A stretch of DNA of 43,421 bases from a virus: positions 1-43,421 of the IMG/VR virus record IMGVR_UViG_3300045988_024923; one strand, given 5' to 3'. Below the pieces are notes generated by a model. It did not search any database, was not told the DNA's origin, and saw only the letters and a program-made list of their open reading frames with translations. Below are positions 1 through 8,925 of this stretch, in pieces (the stretch's first letter is position 1; every line of letters starts with the position of its first letter). Made by a program: the position numbers and the translations under genes.

Positions 1-119
1 ACGTCTGGAAATTCCCTTCGGGCGCCGTGGTGATCTTCGGCTCCCTGCCGCACGTCAAGGACAAGTACAACTACCAGGGCAAGCCGTATGACTTCATCGG
101 CTTTGACGAGCTGACGCAG
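1..119. repeat. Terminal direct repeat (left copy), identical to 43303-43421; likely assembly overlap of a circular molecule
   Basis: Base-by-base comparison of both ends. Confidence 0.95.
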
Positions 120-1181
120 TTTCCCTATGAGCTGTATGACTACCTGACGCACTCGCGAAACCGGCCTAACGGTCCGGGGACCCGCGTTTACTCCCGCGCC
201 ACGGCGAACCCAGGCGGCGTTGGGCATGGTTGGGTCAAGGAAATGTTTATCACTGCGGCTCCACCCATGCAGACGGTGTGGAAGCAAGTCAAGGTGCAGA
301 CGCCTGACGGGGTGCAGTCCAAGTGGAAGTCCTCGGTGTTTGTGCCGTCCACGGTGTTTGACAACCAGGCACTGCTGGACAATGACCCGGACTACATATA
401 TCGGCTGGCCAGTATGCCGGAAGCGGAGCGAAACGCCCTGCTGTACGGAGACTGGGACAGCTTCTCCGGCCAGGTGTTCACAGAGTGGCGGAATGACCGG
501 GAGCATTACAGAGACCATATCAAGACCCATGTCATTGAACCATTTCGCATTCCGGAAAACTGGAATGTGTGGCGGGCGATGGACTGGGGCTATACGCGGC
601 CCTTCTCCGTGGGCTGGTACGCCGTGGATCAGGACCGGCGGCTTTACCGCATCCGGGAGCTGTACGGCTGCACGGGAACGCCCAATGAGGGCGTGAAGTG
701 GACGCCGGACCATGTGGCGGATGAGATCCTCCGCATTGAGCGGGAGGACCCCAATTTGCAGGGGCGGACGGTGCGGGGCGTGGCAGACCCGGCCATCTTC
801 GGCAACAGCGGCACGGAGAGCGTGGCGGCGGTGATGGAACGCAAGGGCGTGTTTTGGGAGCCGGGACAGCATGACCGGCTGAACGGCAAGATGCAGATAC
901 ACAACCGGCTGGCCTTTGATGGACAGGGCATCCCCATGCTGTATGTGTTTGACACCTGCAGGCATTTCATCCGGACGGTGCCGAATCTGGTATACAGCGA
1001 GACGGACGTTGAGGATGTGGACACCGACGGCGAGGACCATATTTATGACGAGTGCCGGTATATGTGCATGGAATACCCGGTGGCGCAGGCCATCCGCATC
1101 CCGGCTGCGGTGAAGCCGTACAGCCCTCTGGACGCGGACGAACCGGAGGACCGGGATTACGCATGGTTCCGGAAATACTGA
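3..1181 (+). CDS. terL: Terminase large subunit, C-terminal part (continues from 43038-43421 through the circular junction)
   Basis: The frame is open from base 3, and the peptide HVWKFPSGAVVIFGSLPHVKDKY duplicates the window end. Position directly before the portal gene. Nuclease-half motifs such as DWGYTRPFS and DHIYDECRY. Confidence 0.9.
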   Translation, partial: VWKFPSGAVVIFGSLPHVKDKYNYQGKPYDFIGFDELTQFPYELYDYLTHSRNRPNGPGTRVYSRATANPGGVGHGWVKEMFITAAPPMQTVWKQVKVQTPDGVQSKWKSSVFVPSTVFDNQALLDNDPDYIYRLASMPEAERNALLYGDWDSFSGQVFTEWRNDREHYRDHIKTHVIEPFRIPENWNVWRAMDWGYTRPFSVGWYAVDQDRRLYRIRELYGCTGTPNEGVKWTPDHVADEILRIEREDPNLQGRTVRGVADPAIFGNSGTESVAAVMERKGVFWEPGQHDRLNGKMQIHNRLAFDGQGIPMLYVFDTCRHFIRTVPNLVYSETDVEDVDTDGEDHIYDECRYMCMEYPVAQAIRIPAAVKPYSPLDADEPEDRDYAWFRKY

Positions 1182-1191
1182 TGGAGGACGT

Positions 1192-3084
1192 ATGGACAGA
1201 CAGGACTTATTCAATAAGGCAATGGGCATGGGGCTTGGCAGTCTCATGCCCCAGCTGCAGCCGCAGCCCGCAGGGCAGATGGCCACCGGGGATGCAATCA
1301 AGGTGGATGACATCCGCAAGGCGGCGGAGACGGTGCGGAAGTACAAGGATGGCAAGAGCCTGCTGGAAAACCGTTTGAAAGAGGATGAGCTGTGGTATCG
1401 GGTGCGGCACTGGGAAGCGGTGCGGAAGAAGTTCAACCCGGATGTGCCGGAGCCGTCCTCCGCATGGCTGTTCAACGCTATCACCAACAAGCACGCCGAC
1501 GCTATGGACAACTACCCGGAGCCGAACGTGCTTCCGAGAGAGGCGGGAGATCAGCAGGAGGCCAAGAAGCTATCCTCCATTCTCCCCTGCGTCATGGAGG
1601 CGGCGGAGTTTGAGGACGTGTATGCGGATGCCTGGTGGGGAAAGCTGAAACACGGCACCGGCGCGTATTTCATCGGGTGGGACCCGGAAAAGGAAAATGG
1701 GCTGGGCGACATTGATATTCACGATCTCGACCTGCTGGACGTTTACTGGGAGCCGGGGATCAAGGACATTCAGCAGAGCCGGAACCTGTTTATCGCAGGC
1801 GTGGCGGAGACAGCAGACCTGGAAGCCCAGTTCCCACAGTACAAGGGCAAGCTTGAGACAGCCACGCCGGATGACTACGCCTACTCTTACGATCCCAACG
1901 TGGACTGGACCGGGAAGAGTTTGGTGTGGGACTGGTATTACAAGAAGAAGGACCTGACCGGGAAGACACTGCTGCATTACTGCAAGTTCTCCGGGGACTG
2001 CATCCTGTATGCCAGCGAGAATGACGCCAACTATTCCGAGCGTGGCTATTATGACCACGGCCTGTACCCGGTGGTATTCGACACCATGTTCCCGGAGGCG
2101 GGAACGCCGTACGGCTTCGGCATGATCGCCATCTGCAAGAACCCACAGCTTTACATCGACAAACTGGGCCAGAACATTCTGGAGCGCAGTCTGCTGGGCA
2201 CCAAGACCCGGTACATTGCATCTTCGCAGGCGGGAATCAATGAGGATGAGCTGAAAGACGCTTCCTGTGCCGTGGTGCATAGCGAGCTGCCGAGACTGGA
2301 CAACGAGCATTTGCAGCCCATCGTGCCGCCCTCTCTAGAAGGCAACTACATCGACGTCTATCAGATGAAGATCGACGAGATGAAGGAGACCAGTGCCAAC
2401 CGGGACATGAACAACGGCGGCACCTCTGGCGTGACGGCGGCAGCGGCCATTGCAGCCCTGCAGGAGTCCGGCAACAAGGTGAGCCGTGACATGATCCAGG
2501 GAAGCTATCGGGCATACCGGAAGGTATGTTCCCTGGTGATCGAGCTGATCCGGCAGTTTTATACGGAGACCCGCACCTTCCGCATTCTGGGCGAGAACGG
2601 GCAGATGGAGTTTGTGGACTTCAACAACGCCGGGATGCAGGATCAGCCGGTGGCGATGCCGGGAAATACGGCGCAGATGTTTCGGCGGCCTGTGTTCGAC
2701 TTGAAGATCAGACCCCAGAAGCGCAGCCCCTTTACCATTGAAGCCCAGTATGAGCGGGCAAAGGAGCTGTATGGCCTGGGGTTCTTCAATCCGGAGAACG
2801 CCCAGCAGAGCATCATTGCCCTGTCCATGATGGACTTTGAAGGTAAGGAGCAGATTTTGCAGCAGGTGCAGCAGGGGCAGACCCTTTTGAACATGGTGCA
2901 GCAGCTCCAGCAGCAGCTTGCCATGTTCCAGGCGGCGGCGGGGATGAATGTGGAGCAGCCGGGGTATCAGGGACAGACAGTCCAGAGCGGCGGTGGAGCT
3001 ACCATTGCACAGGCAAGGCAGGATGCCGTAAATACCAACAAGAAGAGCTACGGCGAACGGCTGGCTGAGAGGAGCAGGGCATGA
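1192..3084 (+). CDS. Portal protein
   Basis: 630 aa, immediately after terL, RBS GGAGGA. Size and Q-rich C-terminal tail are typical of portals. No search was run. Confidence 0.75.
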   Translation: MDRQDLFNKAMGMGLGSLMPQLQPQPAGQMATGDAIKVDDIRKAAETVRKYKDGKSLLENRLKEDELWYRVRHWEAVRKKFNPDVPEPSSAWLFNAITNKHADAMDNYPEPNVLPREAGDQQEAKKLSSILPCVMEAAEFEDVYADAWWGKLKHGTGAYFIGWDPEKENGLGDIDIHDLDLLDVYWEPGIKDIQQSRNLFIAGVAETADLEAQFPQYKGKLETATPDDYAYSYDPNVDWTGKSLVWDWYYKKKDLTGKTLLHYCKFSGDCILYASENDANYSERGYYDHGLYPVVFDTMFPEAGTPYGFGMIAICKNPQLYIDKLGQNILERSLLGTKTRYIASSQAGINEDELKDASCAVVHSELPRLDNEHLQPIVPPSLEGNYIDVYQMKIDEMKETSANRDMNNGGTSGVTAAAAIAALQESGNKVSRDMIQGSYRAYRKVCSLVIELIRQFYTETRTFRILGENGQMEFVDFNNAGMQDQPVAMPGNTAQMFRRPVFDLKIRPQKRSPFTIEAQYERAKELYGLGFFNPENAQQSIIALSMMDFEGKEQILQQVQQGQTLLNMVQQLQQQLAMFQAAAGMNVEQPGYQGQTVQSGGGATIAQARQDAVNTNKKSYGERLAERSRA

Positions 3085-3419
3085 CCCGCGTTTACGCCAG
3101 CCGCCAGGGAGACCGGTTCCGGCTGGAATGCCAGGGGCATGCCGATTACGCGGAGAGCGGGAAGGACGTGGTATGTGCCGCCGTCTCCGCGATCTGCCAG
3201 ACGCTTTACCTCTGGTGCAAAAACACCAGGGGTGTGACGGTAGAGGACGAGACCATGGGACCGGGCGTATTTATGCTGACGGCCAAAGGTCCATGCGGGG
3301 AGCCGTGGAAGGCTGCTGTGCTGGGGCTGTTAAGCTTAGAGGCTGGATACCCCGCTTATATACGGGTGGATGCCCGGGAATTTGATTTGTGTTCCAAGCC
3401 GCAGACGCGGCAAGAATGA
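3081..3419 (+). CDS. prp: Prp-like cysteine protease (ribosomal-processing protease family homolog)
   Basis: ATGA overlap with the portal stop. Motifs GHADYAESGKDVVCAAVS (catalytic His and Cys spacing of Prp/DUF464-type proteins). Located in the head module. Confidence 0.8.
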   Translation: MTRVYASRQGDRFRLECQGHADYAESGKDVVCAAVSAICQTLYLWCKNTRGVTVEDETMGPGVFMLTAKGPCGEPWKAAVLGLLSLEAGYPAYIRVDAREFDLCSKPQTRQE

Positions 3420-3434
3420 TAAAGGAGCAAGCGT

Positions 3435-4358
3435 ATGAAACACTTTTTTGTCAAGGCGATGTGCCTGTTTCTGTTTGACGGCGGCGCTTCCGGGGCGTCC
3501 GGCGGAGCAGGAGAGGGCGGAGCCGAGACGGGCGGGACCAATGGCGGGCCTGACGCCGCCCAGCAGGCCAAAACGGGCGAGGTAGTCTACGGAAAGCAGA
3601 CTGCGGCTCCTGACGCCGGGGAGCAAGACCAGCGCGCATCCTTCAAGGATTTGATCAACGGTGACTATAAGGCGGACTTCGACGCCGAGGTACAGCGGAT
3701 CGTAGGCGAACGGCTGAAAAAGGTAAAGGATCAGGGCCGCATCGTGGCGGATCAGGGCAAAGCACTGAACGCACAGCAGCCCATTCTGGACGCCCTGTCT
3801 CTTCGCTACGGCACGGCACCCGGCGACATTGAAGCCCTGCGGTCGGCGGTGGATCGGGACAATTCTCTTTGGGAGCAGGCTGCGGAAGAAGCCGGTATGA
3901 GCGTGGAGCAGTACCGGCAGTATCAGCAGATGCAGCAGGAGAACGCACGGCTGAGAGCGGCGCAGGAGGACTATTACGCCCGCCAGCGCAGTGAACAGCA
4001 GCTGCGCTCGTGGATGGATCAGGCGGAGGCCATGAAGCAGGACCCCCTGCTGGCAGACTTCGCCTTGCCCACCGAGATCAACACCAACCCCGACTTCCTT
4101 GCCTTGCTGCAAAGAGGCGTCAGCGTGGAGCAGGCATACAAGGTCCTGCACATGGATGACTTTCTCAGCAAGGCCACGGCACAGGCGGAGAAGACCGTAA
4201 CGGACAATATCCGCGCCAGAGGGGCCAGACCCCAGGAGAACGGAGCCGCGCCCAAGAGCGCCGTTGTTGTGAAGGATGATGTTTCCAAACTGACCCCTGC
4301 AGACCGGGCGGAGATCGCCAGACGGGCTGCGATGGGGGAAACCATCACTTTTAACTGA
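3435..4358 (+). CDS. Scaffolding protein
   Basis: Positioned between protease and capsid. Gly/Ala-rich N-terminus followed by long charged, Q-rich helical sequence. RBS AAAGGAG. Confidence 0.7.
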   Translation: MKHFFVKAMCLFLFDGGASGASGGAGEGGAETGGTNGGPDAAQQAKTGEVVYGKQTAAPDAGEQDQRASFKDLINGDYKADFDAEVQRIVGERLKKVKDQGRIVADQGKALNAQQPILDALSLRYGTAPGDIEALRSAVDRDNSLWEQAAEEAGMSVEQYRQYQQMQQENARLRAAQEDYYARQRSEQQLRSWMDQAEAMKQDPLLADFALPTEINTNPDFLALLQRGVSVEQAYKVLHMDDFLSKATAQAEKTVTDNIRARGARPQENGAAPKSAVVVKDDVSKLTPADRAEIARRAAMGETITFN

Positions 4359-4379
4359 CAACAACAAGGAGGCTACTCT

Positions 4380-5417
4380 ATGAACACTCTGTTTATGTTC
4401 CCTATGTTCGTGCAGATCTTCGCGGACATGAAGACCAACACTACTACCCAGACGGGATCCGGCAAAGATCTGTCTGCGGAGATGAAGACCTATTACTCCG
4501 ACTATCTGATCGACCTTGCAGAGCCGGAGCTTGTGCATGACCAGTTTGCCCAGAAGCACCCCATCCCCAAGAACGGCGGCAAGACCATTGAGTTCCGCCA
4601 GTATGATCCCCTGCCTGAGATGACCACCGCCCTTACCGAAGGTGTGACCCCTGACGGCCAGAGCCTGAACGTGAAGAAGCTGGAGGCCACCGTGAAGCAG
4701 TACGGCGGCTACGTTACCCTGTCCGATATGCTGATTCTGGCAGCCATCGACAACAACGTTGTGCAGGCCACCAAGCTGATCGCCTCTCAGGCCGGACGCA
4801 CTCTGGACACCATCACCCGCGACATTCTGAACGCCGGTACCATTGCCCAGTACGCCGACGGCTCCGTGACTGCCCGCGCCAATCTGGTGGGCGGCAGCGC
4901 CACCGAGAGCGAGAACAACTATCTGACCGTGGATGCCATCAAGAAGGCTGTGCGCACTCTGGAGGCGCAGGACGCTCCCAAGATCAACGGCTACTATGTG
5001 GGCATCATCCATCCCAACGCCAAGTATGACCTGATGAAGGACCCTGAGTGGAAGAGTCCCCACGAGTATGTGGACACCGCCAACATCTACAAGAACGAGA
5101 TCGGCGAGCTGTACGGTGTCCGCTTTGTGCAGTCCAGCCGCGCCAAGGTGTGGAAGGACGCTGCCAAGAATAAGGCCACCGGCACGGAGGTTGCCAACAA
5201 GCGGGATGTGTACTCCACCCTGATTCTGGCGGATGACGCTTACGGTGTGACGGACATTTCCGGCGGCGGGCTGCAGCACATTGTCAAGCAGCTGGGCAGC
5301 GCCGGTTCCGGTGATCCTCTGGATCAGCGGGCTACCGTTGGCTGGAAGGCCACCAAGACGGCGGAAATTCTGGTGCAGCAGTACATGGTACGTATTGAGA
5401 CCACTGCCAGCGCCTGA
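4380..5417 (+). CDS. Major capsid protein (HK97-fold type; resembles the N4 gp56-like coat family)
   Basis: RBS AAGGAGG, position after the scaffold gene, 345 aa. Motif KTIEFRQYDPLP and overall pattern recalled from that coat family. Confidence 0.8.
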   Translation: MNTLFMFPMFVQIFADMKTNTTTQTGSGKDLSAEMKTYYSDYLIDLAEPELVHDQFAQKHPIPKNGGKTIEFRQYDPLPEMTTALTEGVTPDGQSLNVKKLEATVKQYGGYVTLSDMLILAAIDNNVVQATKLIASQAGRTLDTITRDILNAGTIAQYADGSVTARANLVGGSATESENNYLTVDAIKKAVRTLEAQDAPKINGYYVGIIHPNAKYDLMKDPEWKSPHEYVDTANIYKNEIGELYGVRFVQSSRAKVWKDAAKNKATGTEVANKRDVYSTLILADDAYGVTDISGGGLQHIVKQLGSAGSGDPLDQRATVGWKATKTAEILVQQYMVRIETTASA

Positions 5418-5429
5418 TAGGAGGACAGT

Positions 5430-5687
5430 ATGAGCGAAGTTAAGAAGGTAACGGACCCTAATGAGGAGCTGGTAGAATATACCGCACCTCTCATGGGGCG
5501 CACGGATTCCCGCGATATTATCGTGGGCGTCAACGGTGAGATCATCCGCATTATGCGGGGCGAGACTGTGCAGATCAAGCGGAAGTTCCTGTTGGTGCTG
5601 CAGAACGCAGAGAAACAGGAAATGGAAGCCTACAAGGCACAGATGGCGGCGCAGAAGAACAGCGCCAAGGCTTTGGCCGATATGTAA
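5430..5687 (+). CDS. Small head-associated protein (unknown function)
   Basis: RBS GGAGGA, 85 aa, tightly coupled to the capsid gene and followed by a terminator. Confidence 0.6.
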   Translation: MSEVKKVTDPNEELVEYTAPLMGRTDSRDIIVGVNGEIIRIMRGETVQIKRKFLLVLQNAEKQEMEAYKAQMAAQKNSAKALADM

Positions 5688-5695
5688 CCCGATGT

Positions 5696-5730
5696 GGGCA
5701 GACGGTTTCCTGCCGTTTGCCCGCATTTTC
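5696..5730 (+). terminator. Rho-independent terminator or attenuator after the capsid operon
   Basis: 10-bp stem 5696-5705/5713-5722 (one G-U pair), then ATTTTCT. Confidence 0.6.
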
Positions 5731-5742
5731 TATGGAGGGCGT

Positions 5743-7728
5743 ATGAATCGCATTATTTCACTGTCCGTTGAGGACATGTATATCAAATATACCGGGGAAG
5801 CGTTCGGAGCCACCGGCTCTCACAACGCCGTGACCCTGCGGATGACATTCGGCCCTGCATGGGAGGGCACCGCCAAGACGGCGTATTTCACCGATGCGCT
5901 GGGGAACACTTCCGTTGCGCTGGTGCTGGGGCTGGACACGCTGGTGGATGGAGCCTATGAAGTGGACGTGCCGTCCGAGGCGCTGAAAACCGCAGGCGTG
6001 GCGACCATTACTATCAAGGGCGTACTGGTATCCGGAGAGACCACCACAAAGGCCATCACTACGGCGGCGGGGCATTTCCGGGTATTGGATTCCGAGCTGC
6101 CGGACAGTGCCGGGAACGCCGGGACCATCACACCCAGCGACAAGGACCAGCTGCAGGCGGAGATCGCTGGCATGGAGACACTGTTTACCACCGCAAAAGC
6201 GGCGGCAGAAACGGCAGCGGCCAACGCAAAAGTGAGCGAGACCAACGCAAAGGCCAGTGAAACGGCAGCGGCCAGTTCTGCGTCCTCTGCGGAAGCCTCT
6301 AAAACGGCGTCGGCGAAGAGTGCTGCGACGGCGACCACACAGGCCAGCGCGGCGGATGCGAGTGCTGCAAAATCAGCAGCGTCCCAGAAGGCGGCGCAGG
6401 CAGCAGAGACCAATGCAAAGGCCAGCGAAACGGCGGCAGCAAAATCGCAGACCGGCGCGGAGACTGCGGCTGCAAGTGCGCAGGACAGTGCGGCTGCAGC
6501 GGCAAAGAGCGCACAGACGGCACAGGGCGCTGCCAGCACAGCCACAAATGCGGCGAGTTCTGCCGATCAGGCGGCCACGGCGGCATCCGGCTCCGCGTCT
6601 CAGGCGCAGGACAGTGCGGCAGCGGCGGCAAAGAGTGCAGCCGGTGTAGACGGTATCAGCAAAACCGCCAAAAGCTGGGCGGTAGGCGGCACAGGCACCC
6701 GCCCCGGCGAGGACACGGACAACGCCAAATACTGGGCAGAGCAGGCACAGGCAGTTGTCGGCGGTGACTTTGCAACCAAGGTGGAGGCGCAGGGCTATGT
6801 AACGGCACATAACCAGAGCGCTGATGCCCACGCTGATATTCGGGAAGCGATGAACGGGAAAGAACCGTCCGGAACCGCAGCTGCGGCAGTGGCGGCGCAC
6901 AACACCGACGCAACCGCCCATGCGGACATCCGGGAAGCACTGAGCAAGGCGGGCAAGCCTTTTATCATTGAAGGAACGCTGGGTGATGCAACTTCTGACA
7001 ATTCCTACCAAATTACAGATGTTAGTAAGTCCAGAGCGGAAGTAAAAGCTGCTGTACAAACCGGCGAATCAGTAACGCTCCACCTTCTTGGTGTTGATGG
7101 AGACTATGTCGATCTGGCTTTAACGCAGTTTAGTTTCACGGATAATATGGATTTTTATAATTTCAGCGCAATAGTAGACGCCGTTTTTGCTGCCGCACTT
7201 CGCTATACTGGCACTCGATATAACGCATCGCTCATTATAGCGAGTATTCCAGCTCTCTCCAACGACGCACCATCTGCCCCCGGCACGGCCAGCGCAGGTA
7301 CATCCTACGATGCAGCCCGCGCCGACCATGTTCATCCAAAAGAAGTCAGCGACGATGATCGGGCAACATGGAACGGGAAAGCCGATCTTGTAGGCGGCAA
7401 AGTTCCTGCAAGCCAGCTGCCTGAGATCAGCTCCGTCAAAACCTACATGGCCACCATCGGGACCACGTGGGTGGAGGATGAAAACACCGGCGTCAAGACG
7501 CAGAGCGTTGCCATTGCTGGTGTCAAGGCCGCCAACACGGCCAAGGTTGACCACGTTTACACCGGCAGCGGGACCAGTGAGGATTATGCGGCGTTTGTCG
7601 AGGCCGAAAACCAGTACCTCAACTGCATCACCAACGGCTACGCCGAAACCTACAACGGCGGCATCAAGTTTACGATCTTCGGGGATGCCAACACAGTCAG
7701 CATCCCTATCATTGCGGAGGTGAGCTGA
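5743..7728 (+). CDS. Tail fibre/spike protein with Ala-rich repeat shaft
   Basis: ATG 5743 follows RBS GGAGGG; the ORF-track start at 5536 lies upstream of the terminator. The shaft is an Ala/Ser/Thr/Gln repeat. AHADIREA occurs twice, and the fibre-type motif ARADHVHP is present. Confidence 0.75.
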   Translation: MNRIISLSVEDMYIKYTGEAFGATGSHNAVTLRMTFGPAWEGTAKTAYFTDALGNTSVALVLGLDTLVDGAYEVDVPSEALKTAGVATITIKGVLVSGETTTKAITTAAGHFRVLDSELPDSAGNAGTITPSDKDQLQAEIAGMETLFTTAKAAAETAAANAKVSETNAKASETAAASSASSAEASKTASAKSAATATTQASAADASAAKSAASQKAAQAAETNAKASETAAAKSQTGAETAAASAQDSAAAAAKSAQTAQGAASTATNAASSADQAATAASGSASQAQDSAAAAAKSAAGVDGISKTAKSWAVGGTGTRPGEDTDNAKYWAEQAQAVVGGDFATKVEAQGYVTAHNQSADAHADIREAMNGKEPSGTAAAAVAAHNTDATAHADIREALSKAGKPFIIEGTLGDATSDNSYQITDVSKSRAEVKAAVQTGESVTLHLLGVDGDYVDLALTQFSFTDNMDFYNFSAIVDAVFAAALRYTGTRYNASLIIASIPALSNDAPSAPGTASAGTSYDAARADHVHPKEVSDDDRATWNGKADLVGGKVPASQLPEISSVKTYMATIGTTWVEDENTGVKTQSVAIAGVKAANTAKVDHVYTGSGTSEDYAAFVEAENQYLNCITNGYAETYNGGIKFTIFGDANTVSIPIIAEVS

Positions 7729-8450
7729 TGGGCCGGGTAACAGTGGTTGGCGGGTGCAGAGCGAAAGCACCGTCAACCGGCATTTTGGCAAGCACTTTGC
7801 CGGTGGGGTCTATGGTCAAACTCATGGAAAACGGCACGGCGGTGGAGTATCTGGTGGTTAATCAAGGTATTCCCAGTAATTCCGACCTGTATGATGCAAG
7901 CTGTAATGGGACTTGGTTGTTAAGAAAGGAATGCCATAGCGAGAGGCAATGGGATTCTTCTCAAACCAATGTTTATGCTTCTAGTACTATTAACACATGG
8001 TTAAATAATAATTTCTTTAACAATTTTGGTAGTGTAGAACAAAGTGTTGTTAAACAAGTAAAAATTCCATTTTGTGTTGGTGGCGGGGATTCAACTATTA
8101 ATAGTGGCGCAAGTGGGTTGAGCACCAAGATATTTTTAGTGAGTAATCGTGAAGTGGGTTTTACTAAAAATGCGGCCGACTATTATCCAACAGATGGCGC
8201 AAAATTAGATTATTTTGAATCTGGAACTAGTGATTCTGCTAACCAAAAACGTGTTGCGTGGTTTAATGGAAACACTGTTTACCAATGGCTTCGTTCCCCA
8301 TATCTTGCTGATGGTCAACAGGTATGGCGTATTACTACTGAGGGCGGCGCTTTGGCTCATTATGCGACTTATACATTCGGCATCCGCCCCGCCCTAATTC
8401 TCCCATTTACAGCTAAGTTCGATGCAACCACCATGCTTCTAAAGGGGTGA
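7728..8450 (+). CDS. DUF6273-like receptor-binding/fibre-head protein
   Basis: ATGA-type overlap with the fibre stop. C-terminal pattern WLRSP...GIRPALILP is typical of DUF6273-like domains. The body of the gene is strongly AT-rich. Confidence 0.65.
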   Translation: MGRVTVVGGCRAKAPSTGILASTLPVGSMVKLMENGTAVEYLVVNQGIPSNSDLYDASCNGTWLLRKECHSERQWDSSQTNVYASSTINTWLNNNFFNNFGSVEQSVVKQVKIPFCVGGGDSTINSGASGLSTKIFLVSNREVGFTKNAADYYPTDGAKLDYFESGTSDSANQKRVAWFNGNTVYQWLRSPYLADGQQVWRITTEGGALAHYATYTFGIRPALILPFTAKFDATTMLLKG

Positions 8451-8451
8451 G

Positions 8452-8925
8452 ATGATGGGGAACTGTATGTTTTTACGCAAGGGTGAGGTGCATACGCCGC
8501 CGTCCACGGACAAGGAGGTCATCGTTGCCATTACGGCGGCCAACATTTCCGACTATTTCACCGTGACCAACGGCACCTATTATTTCGCAGGCTCCGGGTC
8601 GGTCTTTACCAGCAACAACAGCGGCAAATCGAGTTCCACCGCTTCCACGGTGCTGACGGCAAAGCAGGACATTTCCGTGCTGGCGTTCAACTACTCCTAT
8701 TCCAGCGAAGCCAAGTACGACACGTTTACGCTGAAAGTGGGCGGGACCACGGTGGAAGATGGCATATCTGGCGCTACCACGAACAAGACGTACAACGGCA
8801 GTCTTGCCAAGGGGCAGACAGTGGAGTTCACCTACTCAAAGGACAGTTCGCAGAATGCCAATGATGACAAATGTGCATTCAGCGATATGCACATCACGAT
8901 TCTTGTGCCAAAGGGGGCGGCATAA
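8452..8925 (+). CDS. Hypothetical tail-associated protein
   Basis: 157 aa, tightly packed between two fibre-head genes, and shares a short N-terminal motif with its neighbours. Confidence 0.55.
   Translation: MMGNCMFLRKGEVHTPPSTDKEVIVAITAANISDYFTVTNGTYYFAGSGSVFTSNNSGKSSSTASTVLTAKQDISVLAFNYSYSSEAKYDTFTLKVGGTTVEDGISGATTNKTYNGSLAKGQTVEFTYSKDSSQNANDDKCAFSDMHITILVPKGAA

Noticed and set aside
220-1164. Several 60-160-aa alternative-frame ORFs inside terL, with similar ones inside the portal, endolysin and other genes
   Set aside because: They are nested in strongly supported genes, have no RBSs and are Arg/Pro/Cys-rich. This is typical of off-frame high-GC sequence.
3336-5726. 796-aa minus-strand ORF antisense to the scaffold and capsid genes
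   Set aside because: It lies antisense to well-supported genes that have RBSs. Its composition is Leu/Arg/Gly/His-rich junk, as expected from the stop-poor antisense frame of high-GC coding DNA. It has no RBS.
5536-5742. N-terminal extension of the fibre ORF given in the ORF track (start 5536)
   Set aside because: The extension overlaps the 85-aa gene and the terminator hairpin and is Arg/Cys-rich. ATG 5743 has a GGAGGG RBS and begins a sensible N-terminus, MNRIISLSVED.
6180-6650. Repeated blocks in the fibre gene as a possible DGR template/variable repeat pair or CRISPR-like array
   Set aside because: There is no reverse transcriptase anywhere in the genome. The repeats are in-frame protein repeats with no adenine-specific differences and no spacer-repeat periodicity.
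7011-7021. An exact copy of the arm-site 11-mer AATTACAGATG inside the fibre gene
   Set aside because: It is a single isolated copy in an AT-rich patch, far from attP. It is most likely chance, although the expected number of such matches is small. It would become worth noting if Int binding is ever mapped.
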